From Phoronis australis (taxonomy: Eukaryota; Animalia; Phoronida), in NCBI GenBank assembly GCA_002633005.1, contig NMRA01000085.1:674619-738618 (forward strand): a stretch of DNA of 64,000 nt, in the 5' to 3' direction. The notes beneath the pieces were generated by a model that was given only the letters and a program-made list of their open reading frames with translations, made no database searches and was not told the origin of the DNA. Positions 28,545-48,027 of this stretch are shown piece after piece (within the stretch, counting starts at the first letter, position 1; every line of letters starts with the position of its first letter). The translations under genes were made by a program, and so were the position numbers.

Positions 28545-30085
28545 ATCTAGTGTTTCACCGGCATAAACGATCGGTTTCTCTAGACAGCTTCTACCTCCAA
28601 CAACATCCATCTTAAACATTAGCGAACAATGCAACCCAGGTGTTTTTCGCTCACGGATCCAGCAAATTAAAAACCAGCGAGGTGAGTTTTTAACCTGCGA
28701 CTCGTACCTTTTAGGATTCTCCCGAGTCCAGCTGGACATTGTTTCATAATTGATCTATAGACATTTATGACCAGTTACACTTTTAAGCACACGAGCTGGG
28801 GCCAAAGGTAGCGAATCCGCTTTTAGGGATGATCCTCACAACTTAATTAATTTGATTCGTGTTCAGCCTTTGCGACTTGATCATTTCGAACAAAAATCGC
28901 ACCATCATTCAATGCAATGGCAGCCACAGACGTGGGAGGCGCAGCACTGAAACAAGGTGGGAGGCTATAACAGTAACCCCAGCCCCTATGTGGTGCACCA
29001 CCCATAGCCCATGGGCGGCGTAGCACTGGAAAAAGTGAGGGGCTATCTGGCTATGTCCCCTATGGTGCGCCGCAGTTTGCCGAAAATTTTCAGAACCGAC
29101 TTGTATTCTGATCACAATGGGGATAAGAGAATGTTGAAGTAGTCTACCAAATACATTTCACTATTTCGTTTAAAGCGGCCACATACCCGCATTCCCACGA
29201 TTTTTTTATTGTACCCTTACATGCAAGTATCGCCATAAAACTGGCCTCGACTGTTTCATTACTTGGATTAGGGCTTACAAAGAAATTAGTTTATTGAGAC
29301 AACACGAAGCGATGAATGCCATCTTGTAGAACCTGGTCACGAGCAACAACCGACCTGAAAGTTTTAAATTTGACCAAGGAACAATTGAGGCAAGTTCAGT
29401 AGTCCAAATCGAAATGTTTTTGTGATGGAAGACGGTTAATTGTAGCTTTCAACTTAGCACATGTACAATTCATTCGTAAAATGTCCAGGCTATGAACTCT
29501 AATGCACTTCCTAAGCATATTTTTTGAGTGACGACAAAACCCCCTACGAAATCTTGTAGGAATAACGAACTGCAGCTGAAACACTGAAAGGAAGAACGGG
29601 GACCCAGAAACTTCAGGAAAATTGGTCACATAACGAAACGCTGACAAAGCCTCCTAACCATACATTTTTGAAAGTTTGATTGAAATATCCTGAGAAATAT
29701 AGGAGTTGCCCAAAGTTGGAGAAATATTCACAGCACAAATGACAATTACCAAACATATATGATAAAAACAACAGTAAAAGATAAAAAATGTATTATCTTT
29801 CATATTACAATAGATGCACATGAAATTTTGTATGACATATTTACAAACCGATATCTTCACACAATAGGTAAGTCTCACTTAGGCACTACAGTCATTCATA
29901 AAAATATTAAAAACGTTCACATCTCCGATGGTCCTCTCCTGTTTCACTTCTCCTTTTTTGTCACTGACAATATTTTGATTTAAAATATTCTCAAGTAATA
30001 TCCGAGTAAGTCTAAAACACCTTTGAAGTAAAATTCAGTCCTTTTGTGCTCCTCATGTCTTCAGCAACGGAACTTCAGAACTGAA

Positions 30086-38308
<8,223 letters not shown>

Positions 38309-38687
38309 TTTGTCGTTATTTCTGAAATGGTACGCCGGGGTGAGCAATTGCAGTGGATAGAGGTGCCATTCCCTTAGTACAAACAACTACAGGCATGCAA
38401 CCTTGATTGGGGTTTCTGAAACAGAACTCCATAAAAGTTCCCTTTTGAATGGATGGGTATCTTAATTTTCCAGGCGCAAGTCAGCCTTAAAAATGTAGAC
38501 GGATACACACCGGGATCCAAAACTCCTGCTTTCCAGCCAAAATGGCCAAAGCAAAAATTCACCGGGGTACAATCCTGACCTCATGCAAACTTTGAGTGAC
38601 ACAGGCCCAACATTACCAATTTCATGCGTGTATAACTCTGGGTGGACCTACCACTTGTAAATTATGTCCAAATTGGTCGCCACACAC

Positions 38688-38925
38688 CTTATACGCCGTG
38701 GAAAACTTCACCGCCACACAAAAAACGCTAGTAAAAGTAATTGCAAGCACAAGACACATGGCCATTTTTGCCGTTTGTGGATCACTTTCGCTTCGTGACC
38801 GGTATTCGCCTCTATCTGGTTATCGGACAATGCACAGCAATTGAACACAGTCGCATACGACCTTGACACTAGTTTGCTAAAATGGCGAAGTGCCAGGGCA
38901 TGCTTATGAAGAGGATGGAGAAACA
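38688..38925. promoter_or_regulatory. Probable DDX39 promoter and 5'UTR exon with back-to-back YY1-like motifs (bidirectional promoter)
   Basis: AAAATGGC on the minus strand (38761-38768) and AAAATGGCG on the plus strand (38879-38887). Candidate minus donor AAG|GTGTGT at 38687 and plus donor ACA|GTAAGC at 38926. Confidence 0.45.
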
Positions 38926-40387
38926 GTAAGCTTTATTTATTTTATTGCATCCGCGTTTACAGCAATGTTAATCATTTTGCAGCGGCGAGACATTCAACGG
39001 TTTAATGAACCATAGCCCAGGGCCAAAATGACGATATTGAATGGAAACTAGTCTCACATTCCTCTACATAGACTGGATTATAAATACTCTGCTATGCCAA
39101 GTAACGCCGATTCAACTCAAAAGCGAGACGACACCAACAGAAGTCTCATTATGCAAATTACTTTATTACGCCTATAAATTTCATTTTTTTGTTCTATGTA
39201 CGTCAATGATGCTTGGGTTAAGGTCTATGATGTTTAAACTTGTATAGTGGACCAGACTACCATAACCGATGAATTACCGATGAATTACCAATGGACGGTG
39301 TTATCGACATCGTGACTTTTAAGCGACAAACCCGCAATTTCCGTACCGTCCTTGATCTCGAACCGACTAAGTGTAAAGTGGGCTTTTTGGGAACATTTTT
39401 GTGCTTTGACTGCAAATTTTTTGCGAACTCGCTGGAGCAGGACAATGTGAATGATATTATAAGAAAGAACAATTTCTCATGGTTTGTTGAACCCGTTTTG
39501 TGTAAATTTATTGAGTTATATGTTTAATATGGACGGCTGAATTGAAGAACCCGAGGAATTTCTAGTCCCGACTGTCATACCTTGTAATATTGTATGTAGT
39601 GTGTTGGGGACGATCAGCTGAGGACGCCTGTGGTTGAAACTTGTTATCAATACATTACTGAGACACATCTAACCCATTTGCAGGTTGGCATTTACATCAA
39701 AACTCTTATGCTACTTTTTCAACTGTTTTACAGTGGAGTGTAAAAATATTCTCCATCATCATCCTGATCACCACATATGAGTGACCCCCTCCCCCCCCCC
39801 CGGGATAACTGATTATGTCTTATGACTGAACAAAAAGGGTCTTGGCTGAAATGCTGACGTTGGCAAAACATCAGAACCAGTAGACATGAAACGTGTAAAC
39901 GCTGGGCAAGGTGATGGCCATTGTTGCAAACTATTGATGAGAAAGTATGGTACACACAAGAAATTCACAAGTAATTTGTTATGCAGGCAATAGCTCCCTT
40001 GTACTTGGCTCAATGAAGCAAAGGCACAAACAACACAGCCAAGGGTTTGTCTAGTTTAACACAAATGAGTAAAAAAGCCTGAAACAGAGGCAGTTAAGGG
40101 TAAATTACACAGCATTTAACCAAACACCTCACTTGAAAACCGAAATGTGTTCGGATGATTTCAGATTAAAATACTTACTTTTAGCGATGTCACCGTTACA
40201 CAAAGCGGCTTCGACAACGATCAACGATACGGACAACAACGTTTTCTGCAATTTCTATTGGACGATGTTCACAACACCGACATCTATCGACGAACTCAAT
40301 CATAAAAGTCATGTGACCGATTCTGTTTCCGATATGAAATCGGACCCACTGTTGTCTGGAAGAAATACGAATTCTCAAAGCGAACCA

Positions 40388-43150
40388 ATGGCTGAAGAGA
40401 GCGAGAACATTGAAGAATTTGCTAAAGGCACGTTGTGTGGTTTAGTGGTAGGGAAGGTGTACCCGTAATGGCCAGTGCCAGCCTTGTCTTGCACTTTTAC
40501 TACTATCATTGTACGGACTGCAATTGCTGTTGTGAGTAGTTGTAGCCTACTCATTCAAACCACAGGCGCTCGAATTTCCCGATGACTCATAACCAAATAT
40601 AAGAAACATAAAGGTTGGACACTAAAACTTTGCCAAGCCGAGGCTCCCAACTTCAACTGTCCAAAATCCAAATAAAGTCTGCGTGCACCTCCCTCAGTCT
40701 GGTGTTGCATAAACCTTCGAAGCTTTATCTTTCCTCCTATTAACTGTACTCGTGAGTGGTGAATTGGCGATGGAATTTCCAACAATCTCAAAACTCGGAA
40801 TTCAAGGACCTAAAATATTAAGCATGGCGGATTTCAGTTGTGCTTCAGCTTGTACACCTGTCGTAGGTGAAACTTCGCGGAGTTGAGCAATCAACCTATA
40901 TTTCAAATTCAATAATCAGAAATCACAGTACACAAAAAAACTTCGCATATCAATACAGTATCAGGATAATTTGTATTTGACACAAATATCTCTGAGTAGT
41001 TACATTTATTAGGCAATATTTTTAAAGTGCTCTCTGCTTCTCATGACCAAGTAGTCGAGGGATTGACGGCGTGCGAAAATAGACTTTCGGATTTAGCTCG
41101 GGAGCGTCCGCCAAAAACCCGGAAGACCGTCTGCCATGATATCACGGAATAAGGTTCTTGAATTTGTAATTTTGGCATTCTTTTGGCATTTTTGAAAGCA
41201 ATTTGAAGAGGTCAAGTAAATGAAGGTATTCAAAGATTTGTTCGTTCACAAGAAGGGCCGTTCACATTTGAGTAGGAAATTCAGAGCAAACTGATTGTGA
41301 GTGTCTAACCATTATGTTTTCTTAGTTAGTGTCATCAGTCGTGATTGAGGAACAGATAAACTCAAGCGCCATGGCATGGATACACTGTTAGGCAACACGT
41401 AGGCCCTTGGTTGGCCATTTAGGGGCTACAATACTTCCATTCTCTTTCTGCATGCATTTCGTTGTATGAATTTTAAATGGGCAGTAACCCAAATCTGGTC
41501 ATAGATTTTGAGTTTTCATCTCGTCAAAAATACAGTCTACACTTAAAACTGATTTAAAAAAGCACTTACTTTCATCATTGGTCCTTTCTACTTCTATACA
41601 TATCTTCTATGAAGCTTAGTTGTGAGAATTAAGTTAACTTTGGCGAAGAATTCCAACTCCACTTTTTTGGTTGCCGTTGACTTTTTCACCACGCGCACGA
41701 TAACCACAAAGTATGTCAACAGAGTTAGGCAAAGGCTAGCGTGAAACTGAGCGAAGCGCGTGACGCTAGCGCATGACACTTGCAAAATAGCATGAGAAGG
41801 TATCAGGTGAAATTTGTAAGATGTGTGTCCCTTGGACATTTTATTCGTCATCATGCGTGATTTCACGTAACTTCCTCAAAATGGCACCCGGTAAGAGAAA
41901 CTTGAGCAAACCGCTACAGATTTTCATCAATTTGTTCAAATTATCTTGACTGAATCGTCTCCAGACTTATGGTATGAGTTGTTTATAACTCCATGTGCAT
42001 ATATGCATGTTTCATGTGATTTTATTTCCTGTATTTTGGGAAAGCAGTTGAAGAATGTGTCTTGGCCATTTGACGAAAAGTGACGAAGCCTTGTGATCCG
42101 AGTTATGTTACATTAATATAACCTCTTGGATTAAAAAGACTCAAGACGAAAGCAAAAAGGCACTCAAGACCATGGGCCTATTCCAAGAAAACTGACTTAG
42201 CTAAGACAAATCTTAAATTTCAGTCAATTTTAAGATATAATTGTCTCAAGTCCGTTTGAATAAAGAGATCTTAAGTTTGACTGAAGTTTTTTACTTAAGT
42301 TTTGTCTTAATTTTGACAAACTTACATGATGTAGAAGCTTTAAAGTTTGGAAGGTCAGACAAATCTTAGACTTCAGTCAAAAATGAACTAAGTCAGTTTC
42401 TTGGGATGAGTTCCCCTTATCTAAAAATGTTAAAAGCCATTATCAGTGTTAAAATTGAATAAAAGTGTATAGAATTAAACAAAACGATTATCAATTGTAA
42501 AATTGCATGTCATAAAATCCAGTCGTTTTGAGCAATTGCTTCGCAAGTTAAAAACATGTTACAGTGGAATTATAGTTGCATGGTAAAAAATTCCCATTGT
42601 AGGACAGTGAAAAAAATTTTGCTCAAGGCAACAGCTTGTCCAAATTTCTAGAAATAACCAATACTGGCTTCCAAAATTCAGGAATCATTGGGAAAACGGC
42701 AAAATTACATGCTCTGTTAATTGAAAACACATCCGAAATCTGAGAAATATGGTGAATGCAAAATCGCCCTTGTCCCAATTTCCAGAATCAAGAAATTAAA
42801 ATTTTTGTGGGAGTTTCTTTGTCCCAAATTCTAGAGACTGCTCAAATTGGAGAAATTTTACTGTAATCTGCGATAAGTTAGATTCATGAGATGAAGATCA
42901 TCTCGTCTTCTTCGGCATTAATCATTAATGCCTTCTCTCATCATTGACACCCACTTTTCTTACAGAGTACGAGAGTCTTTCCAATACCATGGATATGATT
43001 GACAACTGTTTGGATGCTCTGGAGAGACAGAATGACTCGCTGAATGCTAAGCTTCAAGAATTCTTGAAGTCAAATGATGAAGACATGGAGGAAACACAAC
43101 AGGGTAGTCAGACTGGTACAAGCACAGACACGGATAGTCAAAAAAGCTAG
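40388..43150 (+). CDS. BBLN: Bublin coiled-coil protein (C9orf16/UPF0184), about 74 aa, 2 exons
   Basis: Exon 42966-43150 follows a strong acceptor (ttttcttacag) and encodes EYESLSNTMDMIDNCLDALERQNDSLNAKLQEFLKSN, resembling bublin [37 protein letters not shown]. First exon inferred as 40388-40427 (MAEESENIEEFAK) with a phase-1 GC donor; this exon is less certain. Confidence 0.8.
42174..42416. mobile_element. MITE, same family as 16486-16731, in the BBLN intron
   Basis: Starts GGGCCTATTCCAAGAAAACTGACTTAGCTAAGACAAATCTTAAATTT, the reverse complement of the 3' end of the 16486 copy. Confidence 0.7.
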
Positions 43151-43739
43151 CTAGAGCTTCATCTAAAAGGTGGCCAGTGTATGCAAATGAACGCTCTGAG
43201 GTTATTTATTTGGGCTCCCGACAGGCACAGTTAGAATACTAGAACTGGGAAATATGGGAGATTTGATGATCGGTTATTTATTTGCAATAGATGTTGCATA
43301 AGTGGCTTTAAAATGGATATCTTGTTGAACTTGGTGACATCTAACACTTTGCATCTTGAGTAATTAATTAATATGTAGATTTATGATTGTGCAATTATGT
43401 TGATGTTAACTGAGTTAATCTCAAATGCGAAAGTATTGATAATTTGGCCTGGAGATAGTGGGTGCAAAGTAAGAAAATTTTTGGTCAATGCTTACGTAAA
43501 TTAGGGTAACGTACATTTAAGGAAAAATGTCCCAGGCTCAAGGAATGGAGAACATTTTGCCCTTTTCTGATGTTTTGGATTGCTCTGATTGAAGAGCTTA
43601 TCCCAAATGTGTGGTGGTCCTAGGTTTCACCATGAATTTCAGACCCTGTTTTAGTGATTTCATTCAATCTTCCTTCTGTCACCCGGAAATGCATCACTGG
43701 CGTCCCACTTAGAGTATTAATAAAAGCAGGATTCAAGTA

Positions 43740-43995
43740 AAAATTCATACTCCCTGAGTCACAAATTGGATCTTATGTTTCATGGTTGGTGGTCGTTCCC
43801 TACAGTTGTTGTGTAAGTCGCCCAAAACGCAGGTCACGCTGACCTGCCAAGCAGACAAGTTTTCAAATTTTTCTCCAAAATTTTGAGGGTTGTCGATGAT
43901 TTCAGAGCTGCATCAGTTTGTCCCAGAGAACTGTATAAGAGAGTAGTTTTCATTACTTGTTGATAGGACGAACTGGATTTGACATCATTTTAACT
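43740..43995 (+). repeat. Diverged copy of the interspersed repeat at about 2460-2715
   Basis: Collinear shared blocks: tactccct..gtcaca.attgga, cagttgt.gtgtaa.tcgc.aaaa.gc.ggtcacgct, ttttgagggttgtcga. Confidence 0.65.
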
Positions 43996-45153
43996 TTTGC
44001 TTAAAATTAGTACATGTTCAATGTGTTACACTGTTCGAATTTCCTTGGTGTGCCACTTGAGTGTGAGGACCTTGATAAACAGGCTCGACAAGTCAATAAT
44101 TGGTCTCCTCGTGCAAGTTTACTAATGATTTCGTGCACGCTTGTATATATACGTCGTCAATCCTTTGTTAATAGCGTTAAGTTTGGTGGAAACGTTCAAA
44201 ATAATGACCGTCTCTTGTATTGCGCTGTATGCGATGCACACGGTGGGTGCAGGGTGCGTATCACTATGAACGCTCCGCATTTTTCTTGTGTTGAATTATT
44301 ATATAGACAGTGGAAGGGAATCTGTTAAAGCTGCATTTGAAAATTGGATTAGGCCTTATACTCTTATAAAATTGGTTTCACAATATATACCTTACCGTGG
44401 TACGATTCTGCTTCACGCCACAGGCAATATGTAGATGTGCCATTTGTGAATTTGCGTTTTTGGGTTGGCCAATCCGAATAAAGTTGTGTTACTAAGAGTT
44501 TTCTAGTAAGGGTCGCTGACGGTTTCAGTGTTCTTGTTAGTAATGGAAATAGATTCCTATCATGGTAAGGATATGCTACAGGACGGATTTCATAACAGTA
44601 AAGACCCAATTCCACTTTTTGTTTCTTAGTACCCAGCTAAACAGGACAATATCAGCTTGCACGCATTAAACAAATTCATAATTGTTGTTCTATTTACTAA
44701 TTGCTCTGTATGTTGTGGGCAGTGTTTGCATTTTTGAATTTACAATTCAAAGTTATCGCTGGTGAATCTTCATATTCAAGCAATCCATGAGCTACGTGGA
44801 TTTGTCAGGTGTAGTTAGGAATACTGACTCTCACTATAACAAAAACAAAACCAAGACTTTTCAAAGATGGCATAGCTTGTATACTGTTGTACAAGCACAA
44901 CTGTGTTAAAAATAAAGAAGATGGAAGCGCCCTGTTATTATTTTTTGTTGAAGATGAAAACACTTAGTTTTCAACAGGTTTATTTAGGATTTCATACAAG
45001 AACAAGAGTCATTTTCACGTACAAGACAATTCAAGCCACTCACACACTCGGGACAACTTTTGGAATGCAATGAAAACATCGGGTCACATCTGGCCCTGGG
45101 GAATCGGAACTCTCAACAAAATATTCACCTGTCCTTGAATTCCATGAGTGAAA

Positions 45154-48027
45154 GATTTGTGCATAACACATGATTGGGGAATCATTGATCACTTGAAGGT
45201 TTAGAAAATTTGCGTTATTATTTAAATCGATTTTTTACAACGAAAACTCAAAATGCATAATGTACTGATTAAAAAGTTTGAACCTAAACTAGTAAGAAGC
45301 AGTAACTAGACATCAAAGGATATACGCTTTTAAGAGTTGAGCTGTAATTGGTCAACAAACATTAAACTAAGTCGACACATCAAATACAGGTAAACACATG
45401 ACTAATAATGGCTACTCAAACAACATGGCTGCAGCACTCATAAACCGTTCCCGACAAACAGCTCAAATCCTGATAACGTCAGTTCACGCACTCATGTCAA
45501 GACTCATAAACACGGCTCACCAACTGCAGTGTTGCACTCGCAAAACGTGGCATAGCCACGTATCCGACGACACAGAAAACTGACTTCAAAACATGGTGCG
45601 TGAGCTCGAAGACTGTACTTTGTTGAACGGTCAACAGGGTGTGCTTATGAGTCGGGATCTGTGTTTTGTTTGCAGAGACCATGTTTGACCGTCAGTGATC
45701 TGTGTAGTAGTAGGAACAACAAATTCACATGTCCAGTGAGTTGCGTTTGTAAATGAGAAATGTCCATCTCTGTCTGAGCTGTGTTGTTTGAGTAGACATC
45801 ACATTAAGATGCCTATGGATTTAACGATTTCAAAACCGGCCTTCAAATTTCTGTCACTAAAGAATTTGGCATATGAACATAGATAAAAATTCTATTTTCA
45901 ATGTACAGTCAGTCTAATGCCCCAAGAAGGCAGGAACACTACTTAGCAAATGCTATCATTGGTCAAAAGCACACCACAGTTTAACATGACCCTAAAGCCG
46001 AACTTCCTGCCATCAGACGGAGTTCATTCTGCCAGAAAGCACACTTTTCATATTGGGAATGCTTTCCATTTACAGACTGTCTGCTAGTAAATTTAACCAA
46101 GAGGAAGTAAAATAATGTTATACAAACATTGCTGATAGTCACATTCAAATAAACTATGCACAAGCACATTTAAGATGAAGGCAGATCCAGGAAATTGTAG
46201 CGGCAGCTCAACTGTCAACAGCAAGCTTGAAACATAAGCACTAAACACTTTTTATGATGTGTTTCCATGTCACCTATACTCCACTGGTTGTGTGGAACAA
46301 TAATAATCAAAATTCACTAAATAAACGGGCGCTCAGAAAAGGGCTGCAGTCCTCTGCCCCCCAAATCTGTCTATGAAAGCTACTTTATAAAAAATTGCAG
46401 TAAAAAGCTAACAAAGTTATAAAATCATTGTGTAGATCACTATTTTCAAGGGATTTGCTAGTTGCAAATGGTAATGATTATTAATCTCCAAAATGAACCA
46501 ACAAAGTGACTTTAACATGACCTATGAACATGTTCCTCCTAGTTGAGTATTATCACCATACAGTCGTCAAATATCTCTCCAACTGTGTCCATNGATTTGT
46601 GCATAACACATGATTGAGTAATCATTGATCACTTGAAGGTTTAGAAAACTTGCGTTGTTATTTAAATCAATTTTTTACAGCGAAAACTCAAAATGCATAA
46701 TCTACTGATTAAAAAGTTTGAACCTAAACTAGTAAGAAGCAGTAACTAGACATCAAAGGATATACGCTTGTAAGAGTTGAGCTGGTCAACAAACATTAAA
46801 CTAAGTCGACACTCCAAATACAGGTAAACACATGACTAATAATGACTACTCAAACAACATGGCTGCAGCACTCATAAACCGTTCCTGACAAACAGCTCAA
46901 ATCCTGATAACGTTAGTTCACGCACTCATGTCAAGACTTATAAACACGGCTCGCCAACTGCAGTGTTGCACTCGCAAAACGTAGCTTAGCCACGTATCCG
47001 ACGACACAGAAAACTGACTTCAAAACATGGTGCGTGAGCTCGAAGACTGTACTTTGTTGAACGGTCAACAGGGTGTGCTTATGAGTCGGGATCTGTGTTT
47101 TGGACGTCAGAGACCATGTTTGACCGTCAGTGATCTGTGTAGTAGTAGGAACAACAAATTCACATGTCCAGTGAGTTGCGTTTGTAAATGAGAAATGTCC
47201 ATCTATGTCTGAGCTGTGTTGCTTGAGTAAACATCACATTAAGATGCCTATGGATTTAACAATTTCAAAAATGGCCTTCAAATTTCTGTCACTAAAGAAT
47301 TTGGCATACGAACATAGATAATAATTCTATTTTCAATGTACAGTCAGTCTAATGCCCCAAGAAGGCAGGAACACTACTTAGCAAATGCTATCATTGGTCA
47401 AAAGCACACCACAGTTTAATATGACCCTAAAGCCGAACTTCCTGCCATCAGACGGAGTTCATTCTGCCAGAAAGCACACTTTTCATATTGGGAATGCTTT
47501 CCATTTTCAGACTGTCTGCTAGTAAATTTAACCAAGAAGAAGTAAAATAATGTTATACAAACATTGCTGATAGTCACATTCAAATAACCTATGCACAAGC
47601 ACATTTAAGATGAAGGCAGATCCAGGAAATTGTAGCGGCAACCCAACTGTCAACAGCAAGCTTGAAACATAAGCACTAAACACTTTTTATGATGTGTTTC
47701 CATGTCACCTATACTCCACTGATTGAGTGGAACAGTAATAATCAAAATTCACTAAATAAACGGGCGCTCAGAAAAGGGCTGCAGTCCTCTGCCCCCCAAA
47801 TCCGTCTATGAAAGCTACTTTATAAAAAATTGCAGTAAAAAGCTAACAAAGTTATAAAATCATTGTGTAGATCACTATTTTCAAGGGATTTGCTAGTTGC
47901 AAATGGTAATGATTATTAATCTCCAAAATGAACCAACAAAGTGACTTTAACATGACCTATGAACATGTTCCTCCTAGTTGAGTATTATCACCATGCAGTC
48001 GTCAAATATCTCTCCAACTGTGTCCAT
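45154..48027. repeat. 1.44-kb tandem duplication 45154-46592 / 46594-48027 of the RABEPK 3' end and 3'UTR (probable uncollapsed alleles)
   Basis: Single N at 46593 at the junction; SNP-level differences. Confidence 0.88.

Noticed and set aside
39595-39660. Hammerhead-like CTGAGGA...GAAAC motif
   Set aside because: Stem II is weak and stem I is not contiguous with the core; at most a degenerate Penelope-type remnant. Similar remnants near 8780 and 58190 lack the CUGANGA core.
46539-46592. Second copy of the RABEPK C-terminus
   Set aside because: Part of the 1.44-kb duplication ending at the N at 46593; no acceptor of its own.
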